The position numbers were made by a program, and so were the translations under genes. From the NCBI GenBank assembly GCA_963575745.1, contig CAUYUJ010000001.1, positions 2,046,001 through 2,110,000 on the forward strand: 64,000 nucleotides of DNA, in the 5' to 3' direction. Positions 1 through 8,851 of this stretch are shown piece by piece. This stretch comes from Prorocentrum cordatum. Lineage: Eukaryota. Each line of letters begins with the position of its first letter. Position 1 is the first letter of the stretch. Below the pieces are notes generated by a model. The model was not told where the DNA came from, did not search any database, and saw only the letters and a program-made list of their open reading frames with translations.

Positions 1-32
1 AACCACAGCCTAAACCAATCACCGAAGCCGAA

Positions 33-1958
33 ATGCACATGCACTGGATTAAGATAACTATCTTCGGCATTCTATGGGTAATAATGGGATGTGCTGTGGG
101 ATACATGCGGCAGGGGATGGACGACACGCGTACTACCGGCCCTTCGTGGGACCCTGCCGGTACTACGCCTTTTCGCGAATACGTTCGCGAAGTACATGCA
201 TGGATAAACGTAACGAGCGGCAATATGACGCCACCTCAACAAGCTGCAGCACTACAACGAGGCCTTCAAGGTCTTGCTCGTCGTATCGCCATGCAGGTCC
301 CCTCCCAGATCATCAACTATGGTGTAACTGTCAACGGACAGCCAACGGATGCAGTTACTTATATACTGTACCTATTGAGCACCAAATTTGAAAATCTGGA
401 AGATGAGCGCCAGCTCAACTCTGGCACTGCCCTTATCGACTTTCGCGTCGAAAGGGGCGAGCGAATCGACTCAGTGTTAGCTCGATTCGAGATGGCCCGT
501 GACGAGGCTAACTCTGTTGGCTTTGTCATCCCCAACTTTCAGATCCTAACGCTGATCCTTTTCAGAGCGTTAGGCGTTGGCGCGTCACGAGCCCAACACC
601 TGCTGGAGCCCTTTAATCATCAGATGCCCAGAACACAAGCAGACTATGACAGGCTGCTGACCAGGATGAGGAACTACGGACATGTTGCCGAGCGCTCTCC
701 TGGCAACATTGCGGGTATCTTCACAGGGCACCACTCACATGCAGGTGTCTACGCCACGACTGCGGGGTCACCCGCTGGTCCTGGCGAGCCAAGTCCCTGG
801 GCTGACCCAGCCGATATGCCCAACGAGGCCACTGCCTTCTTAGGGCAGACCGGCCAGGCATCGGCAGAGGCAGCTGAGGCGAACGCCTGGTCGAACTACT
901 CGCCAGGCGCCGCCTACACTGCAAGCCCGCCCTCGGGCACAACCCTCTGGGGCCAAGCGGAGTCATCCGCTCAAGGGTCTCAGCCACCCTCACCGTTTGA
1001 ATCTGGCACTGACACAGATACCTCATCTGACGATGAGCACAATGGCATAGTCTCTGCTGGTAATGACTATCCAGCGGATGACACTCACCTTTCTGAACAA
1101 CAAAGAGCGGAAGCCGCTTTTATGGCTTATCGCAAATCAAAACGCCGTTGGAGGCGCTTTATGAAGAAACCAGTCAGAAAAGTGAGACGTGCAGTACGCC
1201 GACATTTCAAACGATATGGAAAGGGTCGTGGCAAAGGGGGTCGCAGACGCCGCATGCACGGTAGGGGTATTACTGCTTTCCTCACGTCCTTAACTGATAT
1301 AGTTTTTGAAGAAGTTCTTATCGGAGGCAAAGGTCGGGGTCGCAGGCGGACCTCTGATAAGGGAAAAGGGCGCAGGGGCAACCCTAGGGACGCTTCTGGC
1401 AATACTATGAAGTGTCATACATGCGGTAGCACAGAGCATTTGCGCGATCAATGCCCAAAAGGGAAAGGAAAGGGATCCGCACATTTGGCTCAAAACTCTT
1501 TTATGGATGACATAGACTACATTGACTACGAGTTTTACGTCAATCCAGAAGCGGCTCCCGCCGCGGGCTCCTCCACGTATTACGTGATGGCCCGCTACGC
1601 TGAAGTGACCGTAGCCCTGGAAGAGTACGCGGTGACCCTCTTCGACGAGTTCCACGGCTGGGACGAAGTCGACGAGGTCGCGTTCAATGCCTGGTTCGGT
1701 CTTCCAGCGGGGCCACCCGCCGACGACGAGATCTCCGATGCTGAGACCGTCCCGGCGACCGAGGAGGAGCTCGCCGCCGCGCTGGCACCGCAGGTGTTTG
1801 GCATGCCGTTGCTGCCAGATCTTCCGCGAGCTGGCTCGGAAGCGGGAGACGCTGATGACGAAATGCGGGGCCATCCCGCTTATTCTGACTCTGAAGAGCC
1901 GAAGAGGACCATAAGGACATGCTCCAAGAGCAGGTCGCAGAAGCAATCCAGCTCCTGA
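33..1958 (+). CDS. gag: Gag-like protein with basic region and CCHC zinc knuckle; probably continuous with the next ORF
   Basis: Gag-type N-terminal motif PSWDP..PFREYVREVHAW, an R/K/G-rich tract, and the knuckle CHTCGSTEHLRDQC (CX2CX4HX4C) at 1413-1454. The frame is open back to the window start, so the true start may lie upstream. Confidence 0.85.
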   Translation: MHMHWIKITIFGILWVIMGCAVGYMRQGMDDTRTTGPSWDPAGTTPFREYVREVHAWINVTSGNMTPPQQAAALQRGLQGLARRIAMQVPSQIINYGVTVNGQPTDAVTYILYLLSTKFENLEDERQLNSGTALIDFRVERGERIDSVLARFEMARDEANSVGFVIPNFQILTLILFRALGVGASRAQHLLEPFNHQMPRTQADYDRLLTRMRNYGHVAERSPGNIAGIFTGHHSHAGVYATTAGSPAGPGEPSPWADPADMPNEATAFLGQTGQASAEAAEANAWSNYSPGAAYTASPPSGTTLWGQAESSAQGSQPPSPFESGTDTDTSSDDEHNGIVSAGNDYPADDTHLSEQQRAEAAFMAYRKSKRRWRRFMKKPVRKVRRAVRRHFKRYGKGRGKGGRRRRMHGRGITAFLTSLTDIVFEEVLIGGKGRGRRRTSDKGKGRRGNPRDASGNTMKCHTCGSTEHLRDQCPKGKGKGSAHLAQNSFMDDIDYIDYEFYVNPEAAPAAGSSTYYVMARYAEVTVALEEYAVTLFDEFHGWDEVDEVAFNAWFGLPAGPPADDEISDAETVPATEEELAAALAPQVFGMPLLPDLPRAGSEAGDADDEMRGHPAYSDSEEPKRTIRTCSKSRSQKQSSS

Positions 1959-4900
1959 GTGCGCCAGCACATCAGCAGATAACCATGAACGACCTGCTGT
2001 CGCACCCAGGGGCCGCAAGGCTGCGTCCATACCTGGATTCGGACATGTCGGCACCTCAGATGCTGACAGCACTCCAGGCTCTAGCGGGGTCACCCGCCGA
2101 AGTGACGCCAGCCGCAGCAGCGGGGCCACCCGCTTGGTCTATGGATGTATTCATGCAGGGCTGCGACCAGATGGACCTCAACGACCTCACGATGGAGCAG
2201 CTAAACGACATCGGGTACTTCCGAAGCCCGTATCAGCACGTATTCATGGTCCAGGACAGCTCAGAGGACTCGGAGGACATGCGCCATGCCAAGAGGGACA
2301 GACGACCATCGCCTCCCCGAGACTCAGAGCATGAAGATGAAAGGCCCATGGAACGTGGCAGTGCGTCAGCGGGGCCAGCCCGCAGGAGGAGCCGTTCAGC
2401 TCCACGACGCCCTACACATGATGCATCGGGCTATCCGTACAGTACGGAGCACTCCGTAGGTGCATCCGCTCAGTACGTGCCGGAGTGGTACATCAATTGG
2501 TACCCCGGCTACTCGATGGACGTGATCCGCCACTGGTATTCTAAGGAGTACTGCACCAAAAGGGACGAATCTGGCATGATAATACGCACCAAGGGTGGCA
2601 AGACTAAAACGCCAGAGGCTTGGGACAAAAGGGCTAAGAAACAGGAGATCATCAACGATCGCAAGACATACAGGAAACAAGTATGTCAATGCGAGCCCTT
2701 CAAAAGTCACATGCGCAGCAATCCAATGGACCGCCCCTCCAGGAGCCCTCATCACGGTGAGACCCCGTGGAATTGGTCTCATGGAGGTGACGCTGGCAAC
2801 GTCCATGATCCTAACAAGGAGGTCCCTGGAGGAGGAAAGCGCATAACTGAAGCCGATGGCGTCCCTATGACCGAGGAGGTTGCCAACGCTGTCAGGGAAA
2901 ATTGGGAACAGCTTCCTAATGACCATCGCCTCAAGGAATGGAACCGCCGATTCCATAAAGAGGCGGGGTCACCCGCAGAATCCAGCGGAGAAGCGGGGTC
3001 ACCCGCAGACGCGGCGCCAGTCGCTGGGTCCGCGGACGAAGATTGGATAGCTGTTGCATCTGCTGCCGGATCCGCCGCCGGTACTGACCAAACCGAACTG
3101 ACTGAAGAATGGGCGGCGGAAGACGGCTCAGAGAATCCATTCCCTGATGGGTGCGCCTGCTGGCACTACAGCTCCTCGGCACAGAAGTGGTTTTGCACAA
3201 GGGTTATTCACCGCCACGAAAATGGCAAGTACAAGCTGGCCATAAAAGGCACTGCCGACATCGACCAGATGAGGCAGATCGTTCATGATCATGGCCAGCC
3301 AGAAGGCCCTCCTAAGGACCCTCCTGGTCCACAACCAGGCAAGGGCAGCAGACCACCTCCAAGACCTGAAGCCGACTCCTCGTCTTCACCGACTCCTGCG
3401 AAGAGGCACCCGTCCAAGAGCCCCGAAGGCACACGGGGGCGTGCGAAGGCCAGAGGGATCGCCAAGAAGGACGACCCTGAGCAGGGAGAGCCGACCGGCC
3501 CGTCCGTGACGGAGAGGAGGAAGGCTTTTGCTGGACCATCAACCCCGGTGCCACCGGCTGCCCAAGGCGATGTCAAGGACGAAGTTCGCGACCAGCCTAA
3601 GGCAGCCTTCCGAGGTGACTGGACTCCAACGCTGCATCAGCCGCGCCTTGCACCACGACCAGGTTCAGCACGAATGAAAGCACAGCCGAAGCCTGAAGCT
3701 GGGACGAGGTCGGCGCGGGCAGAAGCAGCCGCCAAAGCTAAGGAGGACAAGGGCTCTGCGGGGCCACCCGCTAAAGCGGCGCCAGCTGCAGCAGCGGGGG
3801 CACCCGCAGAAGGCACTCTCTCAAGAGAAGAACGCTTCAGAGCCCTCAAAGAGTTTGGCGACCGACAGAAACTAGCCGACGATGCAGTGGCTGACCAAGG
3901 TCACCCGCACCCTGGCGCGGAGTCATCCGCTGGAGCTGCCTCGTCAGCCGCAGGTTCTGCAGGGCCACCCGTTAAAGCGGCGCCAGCTGCATTAGCGGGG
4001 CCACTCGTTAAAGCGGCGCCAGCTGCATTAGCGGGGCCACCCGCACGCTGGCAGCCAGCGATGTCTGTTCTCAGGAACATCCCTCTGGGAGCCATTGAAT
4101 ATTGGCAAGGCATTGAAGGCAAAGGCCCGAAGCGCACCATAAACCCACGAGTCACTCGAGACGATGCAGATCGATGCGAGGTCATTAATTGTCCTGATCG
4201 CCGTAACTTCGAGTGCCGCAACGATTGGGAACGTGAACAACAAGCCGTGGGAAATATGTTGCGAGACAGGCCGCCATTGCGCGTCGCGCAGCACAGGGCA
4301 GAGCTCATGAAGGTCCTGGAGAAGTTTAATACAGATCCTACTCTGCCGCGCGACTGGCAAATGACCAAGGTGTCAATATGGTTCTCTACAGCCCTACCCC
4401 ATAGTCCGTATTGGAAAGATGGATTCAGCCGACATTTCGAAAAGATCAACACTTTCGATCCATACGATGGCTGGGTTGTTATTGACGATTTGTTGACAAA
4501 CTGGACTGAAAACGATCAGTGGAAAGGCTACCGTGACATGCATGATGCGCTGATCAAGGGCAACCCTCACTGTTCATACGTGTACTGGGTGTTGCTAAAC
4601 TGCTGCGAGATGATCGACGGTCATGGTATGCAGAAGGGCAGGCTCCAGATGAAGTGCGTCGAGGACAGCATGAAGCTACCTCCCAGATTCCGACCAACGG
4701 TACGCAGGCCACAATACTTCATCAGAGCCACGAACGGCCATAGCAGCCCAGGCATCCACTGCCCCGAGTCGCTCTATAAGCCGATCACAACATGGATGAA
4801 GGAACCAGACGACCCAGTATACTTCATCCACGGGACACAGTGGGAACATGTCAAGGGCATCCTTGATAATGGCCTTTCGTGCCTCGCACAGGACAACCCT

Positions 4901-7900
4901 AAGGGGAAGGGGGGGCGCCAGTTCGTACACGGCTGCCCCTACCTCCCGGGTGACCCGAGGATTCAATCGGGCATCCGTCCTGACTCAGAGGTGCTTATCT
5001 TCTGCAGCATCAGCAAGATGTTGTCCAGCGGCTTTTCCTTATGGAGGTCAGCGAATGACATCGTCATGACACGGGGCCACGACGGCCGCATACCGCCCGA
5101 TCATATCCTCCAGATTGTGAGCATTGCAAAATATCGGGTCGGTGAAGCCTGGAGCAATCCGCTGGCGTATGACAAATCGCGGAAGCGGGGCCAACCCGCA
5201 GACAGGATTCGCACCGATGATTACCTGCCACTTAAACTATGTGACAGAACTCTGGGTGTAATGGAAGATCACGCCATGTACCTAAAGGGCTGGTCTAAGA
5301 CGGACGGTCGCCCATTCAACTTGATCATGACCGAGCAAGATGTTGCTCCACGACCGTACGACACACAGACAGTCCTCATGATAAATGCCCAGGAAGACGA
5401 GGTCATGCCTGAGGCGGGGCCACCCGCAGGTGCGGGGACACCCGCGGTAGACACCTCGGATGGTTCATGGCAACAAGTGGTCACACCAGTAGCAACGGTA
5501 GCATCTCCTTGGAGGCCGGATCAGCAGGCATGGGTCCAGGCCCTCAACAGCTACCTGACACCAGCCGACGTTTCTGGACTGACCGATCAGCTATATCGTG
5601 CTGACCCGTGGGCAGTGCATACAGGTATCCAAGACGCACAGCAGAGGAACCTGCGCACTCCTGCGGGGCCACCAGGCGTCCTAGGACCACAGCCACAACG
5701 CCCTCCGCAGCAGGCTGGAGGTGCGAGGTTTGTCCCTATGGGCGGCTCAGATGGTGGCTCGCCGTTCCGGACTCCGCCGTCTGAAACGAGCGAGAACAGC
5801 TTGTGGCAAAGACTCCAGGCGATTCGCGGGAATCCGGCACTCGCAGCAGCACTCCAAGCAACCACTCCCTTTGGCACTCCGAGGGGTAGTGAAGGAGGAG
5901 TGGCTGCGGGGTCACCCGCCGAGCGAACGCCTGCGGAGCCACCCGCTCAAGCGGGGCCACCCGCTGACGGACAGCAAGGTTCAGACTACGAACGTCGGGC
6001 AGCCAACTTAAGAGCACAGGCTACTTTTCTGCAGCAACAAGCTGATAGAGTGCCCAGCCTGTTGCGGAACCGCAACATAGATGTTACGAATCATGGCGAC
6101 TTTCGACCTCTTTGGAGTTGGACTTCTGAAGATGCTCCAAATGCTGATCCCACGAATCCATATCGACAGGTGTTTATTCCAGGAATAGCATCACACCCGA
6201 TATATGGATGGGACAATCACGGTCCAGCAGAGGCGCAGGCCATGGACGCGCCGATGTACCCGGAGTACTACGCGCAGATGAATAACACTCCTATGATTGC
6301 GGGGCCACCTGCGAACGAATACACTCGGAACCTAGCTAATGAGATGTTTCGTTTGCAGTTTACACGAGCGGTCGATGCGCAGTCTATGCCGCACTACGCC
6401 TACATGCCCACGCCGACGGACCCCGAGACCATAGTTCAGCCAGCTGGTCTCGCGGTGCCAGCCGCTATGGGCAGCATGCCAGACTACATTCGCGACGTGC
6501 ACAACACGCAGCAAGCGATACTGGCATCCAGGCAGCAGGCTCGGGACAACACCAGGCTGCGCCAACAACGCGCGATCCAGAGAAGGATTGAGCGCGAGGC
6601 CCAAGCGGGGACACCCGCAGAAGCGGGGCCACCCGCTGAACGGTCAGACAGACGGCCACCACCGACGCCATATCGGGAGGGCGAAACCACTTTCGAGCGC
6701 CAAGCTCGGACTCGCCCTGACGTGCCTGCTCCAGTCATTTCAGACTACAACTTCACTCAGTGCCCAATCTGCATGGACAACTACGAGATGGGCACTACAG
6801 TGTGGAGACTGGCGTGCGGGCACTTCTTTCACGACATATGCTGGGACCGTGTTGCACAACAGCACGTCCGCAATCAGCGGCCAGGTGCGCCGAATGAGGC
6901 CCCCTGTGCCGTATGTCGGGGACCGGGCATAGTGATAGCACACTTCCCATATGCTGGACAGCGCGACGCTGAGTCGGACCAAGCGCGCCAGCAGGAAAGA
7001 TATGTTGCAGATGCCCGAGAAATGCGTCGGTTACGAGAAGCAGTGGAGGCACTGGAGGCTCGAGTCGCTCTATCAGCGGAGCCATCCGCACGTGCCCCAG
7101 CTGCGCAGGCATACCCCTGGCCAGCGCCAGAACAAGGCATTCAGATGCCGATCCTGTCCACGCTCCGAGCGCAGGAGCCCCCAGCTGCGGGGCCACCCGC
7201 TGAAGCGGCTCCCGCCGCCCAAGCGGGGCCACCCGCAAACGGACCTCCAAACCCAGGTTTCCTGAGGACCATGGAGGCCAACATCAGGCGGAGTGGCAGG
7301 AGCGGAGGCGGGATCCGAAGGCCAACTGGATCAACCAGGACCTCTCGAGTGGCAAGCCCGGTCAGCGCCAGAAGCCGGGCAAGCGCTGAGAGCGCAGAGG
7401 CAGCCCAGTTTCATACCACGTTCATGATTGACACAGAGGGGCTGACCTACGCGCGTGACGATACAGACACGCTGCCACCAGGAGGCGAATGGATGTCCAC
7501 GCTCTCTGCAAACTATTGGGTCCTCCAGCAGGAACCAATTACTGTGGAGGAGCGCCGCCAGTACGATCAGATGTGGTGCACCGAGCTGACCATGAGCCAA
7601 TGGGTTCTTGAACAGCGCCTGTTGAGGGGTACACTCGGATCACAGATCACGTACCACACCAACGACCACACTGGCGTACAGGTCGCTCTTGCAGCGCGCA
7701 ATGGGACATTCTTTCCTGATGAAGATGGTGTGCCCTGTATCTCGTTCATGCTGGACATTGGTTCTAATGTGAACATCATTGGATCCAACACGGCGCGGAC
7801 CTTCCAGGAGATAATGGCCAGGTACAACTACCGACCTGCCATCTGCACCCTGAGCAAGACCCTCTACATTAATGGTGTTGGGGAGGGCGCTGCGATATGT

Positions 7901-8815
7901 CGGAAGATGGGCAACTTCAAGATCGGGGTACAGTATGCCAACGAGGCGAGCCCCCGTATCGAGGAGTATGCCTCCAACATCGCAGAAGGTTCGGGTGCCA
8001 ATATCCCGGCCATCTGGGGCCTAGGAGCCATGGAGGCACGTGACACGATCATCGTGCTGAAGCCTGGCTACCAGAAGGTCATCTTCCCCAGCGGTGACTA
8101 CACCCTGAAGCTGGGAAGAGGCACCAAGGTCCTGAAGGCGAAAAAGACTCCCTCGGGCCATCTCGCGATTCCCTGCGGGCTGTATGAAGGGGCCAAGAGC
8201 CACACGGTCACGAACACCTTCACGATCCGCAGCAGTCGAGATGGCTACACCGAGACGGAGAATGAAGAAGACCCCGTCAGTGCGGGGCCACCCGCTGAAA
8301 CAACAGCGGGGCCACCCGCGACGGGACAGTCTGCGACCTTCACGACCGATACGTACATCGTCGAGCCGTACATCGACAAGCAGCTCCTGGAGGACACGAC
8401 CCGTTTGATCGTGAACAGGACGCTGAACAACTGGTGGGAGTGCCGACAGGGCCCCGAAGGGACTGGGCCACACATGAAGGCTGCCCTGAAGTCCAAGATT
8501 TTCTGGGCAGTCCAGGAGGCGGTGAGCAAATGGGCGCCTGAGGATCCAGCGGGGCCACCCGTGTCGCCGCCACCACCACCAAGCCACATGGGCGGAGGTT
8601 CGTCGGACTCTGCGGGGCCAACCCGCGTGGAGATCGTGGGTCACGCTACGGATCGGACGGAATACTTTGACATATCTGAAAACAATCCGCCGATTCTGTC
8701 TGCGAGCGTGGCCACACCAGCTGCGGGGTCACCCGCCGAGCGAACGCCTGCGGAGTCATCCGCTAACAGCATGCCTCCGAGCCAAGCGGCAACTTGGTCT
8801 CACGACCGCCGCTGA
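1895..8815 (+). CDS. Polyprotein block 2: low-complexity linkers, Tpt1/KptA-like domain, RING-H2 finger, aspartic protease
   Basis: 2298-aa ORF from ATG 1919; the frame is open from 1895. It contains the three motif sets listed separately and ends at TGA 8813-8815. Confidence 0.88.
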   Translation, partial: RAEEDHKDMLQEQVAEAIQLLSAPAHQQITMNDLLSHPGAARLRPYLDSDMSAPQMLTALQALAGSPAEVTPAAAAGPPAWSMDVFMQGCDQMDLNDLTMEQLNDIGYFRSPYQHVFMVQDSSEDSEDMRHAKRDRRPSPPRDSEHEDERPMERGSASAGPARRRSRSAPRRPTHDASGYPYSTEHSVGASAQYVPEWYINWYPGYSMDVIRHWYSKEYCTKRDESGMIIRTKGGKTKTPEAWDKRAKKQEIINDRKTYRKQVCQCEPFKSHMRSNPMDRPSRSPHHGETPWNWSHGGDAGNVHDPNKEVPGGGKRITEADGVPMTEEVANAVRENWEQLPNDHRLKEWNRRFHKEAGSPAESSGEAGSPADAAPVAGSADEDWIAVASAAGSAAGTDQTELTEEWAAEDGSENPFPDGCACWHYSSSAQKWFCTRVIHRHENGKYKLAIKGTADIDQMRQIVHDHGQPEGPPKDPPGPQPGKGSRPPPRPEADSSSSPTPAKRHPSKSPEGTRGRAKARGIAKKDDPEQGEPTGPSVTERRKAFAGPSTPVPPAAQGDVKDEVRDQPKAAFRGDWTPTLHQPRLAPRPGSARMKAQPKPEAGTRSARAEAAAKAKEDKGSAGPPAKAAPAAAAGAPAEGTLSREERFRALKEFGDRQKLADDAVADQGHPHPGAESSAGAASSAAGSAGPPVKAAPAALAGPLVKAAPAALAGPPARWQPAMSVLRNIPLGAIEYWQGIEGKGPKRTINPRVTRDDADRCEVINCPDRRNFECRNDWEREQQAVGNMLRDRPPLRVAQHRAELMKVLEKFNTDPTLPRDWQMTKVSIWFSTALPHSPYWKDGFSRHFEKINTFDPYDGWVVIDDLLTNWTENDQWKGYRDMHDALIKGNPHCSYVYWVLLNCCEMIDGHGMQKGRLQMKCVEDSMKLPPRFRPTVRRPQYFIRATNGHSSPGIHCPESLYKPITTWMKEPDDPVYFIHGTQWEHVKGILDNGLSCLAQDNPKGKGGRQFVHGCPYLPGDPRIQSGIRPDSEVLIFCSISKMLSSGFSLWRSANDIVMTRGHDGRIPPDHILQIVSIAKYRVGEAWSNPLAYDKSRKRGQPADRIRTDDYLPLKLCDRTLGVMEDHAMYLKGWSKTDGRPFNLIMTEQDVAPRPYDTQTVLMINAQEDEVMPEAGPPAGAGTPAVDTSDGSWQQVVTPVATVASPWRPDQQAWVQALNSYLTPADVSGLTDQLYRADPWAVHTGIQDAQQRNLRTPAGPPGVLGPQPQRPPQQAGGARFVPMGGSDGGSPFRTPPSETSENSLWQRLQAIRGNPALAAALQATTPFGTPRGSEGGVAAGSPAERTPAEPPAQAGPPADGQQGSDYERRAANLRAQATFLQQQADRVPSLLRNRNIDVTNHGDFRPLWSWTSEDAPNADPTNPYRQVFIPGIASHPIYGWDNHGPAEAQAMDAPMYPEYYAQMNNTPMIAGPPANEYTRNLANEMFRLQFTRAVDAQSMPHYAYMPTPTDPETIVQPAGLAVPAAMGSMPDYIRDVHNTQQAILASRQQARDNTRLRQQRAIQRRIEREAQAGTPAEAGPPAERSDRRPPPTPYREGETTFERQARTRPDVPAPVISDYNFTQCPICMDNYEMGTTVWRLACGHFFHDICWDRVAQQHVRNQRPGAPNEAPCAVCRGPGIVIAHFPYAGQRDAESDQARQQERYVADAREMRRLREAVEALEARVALSAEPSARAPAAQAYPWPAPEQGIQMPILSTLRAQEPPAAGPPAEAAPAAQAGPPANGPPNPGFLRTMEANIRRSGRSGGGIRRPTGSTRTSRVASPVSARSRASAESAEAAQFHTTFMIDTEGLTYARDDTDTLPPGGEWMSTLSANYWVLQQEPITVEERRQYDQMWCTELTMSQWVLEQRLLRGTLGSQITYHTNDHTGVQVALAARNGTFFPDEDGVPCISFMLDIGSNVNIIGSNTARTFQEIMARYNYRPAICTLSKTLYINGVGEGAAICRKMGNFKIGVQYANEASPRIEEYASNIAEGSGANIPAIWGLGAMEARDTIIVLKPGYQKVIFPSGDYTLKLGRGTKVLKAKKTPSGHLAIPCGLYEGAKSHTVTNTFTIRSSRDGYTETENEEDPVSAGPPAETTAGPPATGQSATFTTDTYIVEPYIDKQLLEDTTRLIVNRTLNNWWECRQGPEGTGPHMKAALKSKIFWAVQEAVSKWAPEDPAGPPVSPPPPPSHMGGGSSDSAGPTRVEIVGHATDRTEYFDISENNPPILSASVATPAAGSPAERTPAESSANSMPPSQAATWSHDRR
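4361..5125 (+). other. Tpt1/KptA-like RNA 2'-phosphotransferase domain (RNA lobe + NAD+/ART lobe)
   Basis: Ordered motifs match the family pattern: SIWFSTALPH (cf. S..LS..LRH), DGWVVIDDLL, KGRLQM (cf. KxRF), IRATNGHS (cf. IRAxQGHS), FIHGT, I...GL, RQFVH (cf. RxHVH), SGIR, VLIF, SANDIVMT (cf. SxNGVxLT), GRIPPDHI. Confidence 0.88.
6761..6916 (+). other. RING-H2 zinc finger (putative E3 ubiquitin ligase domain)
   Basis: CPIC-x14-C-G-H-FF-H-DI-C-W-x20-CAVCR gives the complete C3H2C3 ligand set and the conserved Trp. Confidence 0.9.
7736..8180 (+). other. Retropepsin-type aspartic protease
   Basis: ISFMLDIGSNVNIIG (variant of the D-T/S-G motif, Asp codon 7754-7756), flap-like INGVGEG, IPAIWGLGAM, and SGHLAIP. 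Confidence 0.75.
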
Positions 8816-8851
8816 CGGGGGCAGGCGGGCGCGCCGGCGGCGCTCGCTTGC
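8813..8851 (+). promoter_or_regulatory. Putative stop-codon readthrough signal (UGA-CGG plus 3' stem-loop)
   Basis: TGA 8813-8815 is the only stop between two long ORFs in the same frame. It is followed by CGG GG and a hairpin GCAGGCGGGCGC (8821-8832) / GCGCTCGCTTGC (8840-8851), 12 bp with 2 G-U pairs. Confidence 0.7.

Noticed and set aside
1482..1494. CATTTGGCTCAA resembling the dinoflagellate spliced leader
   Set aside because: It lies in frame within gag (HLAQ), is imperfect and short, and is most likely chance.
2540..4230. Scattered Cys/His clusters in block 2 (CQCEPFKSH; CACWH..C....H; CEVINC..C) as zinc fingers
   Set aside because: The spacings match no family I can name and are not repeated, so support is insufficient.
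8813..8815. UGA as selenocysteine or a reassigned codon
   Set aside because: It is not in a redox motif and I could not identify a SECIS element. A single instance in ~5,100 codons with a readthrough-type context fits leaky termination better.
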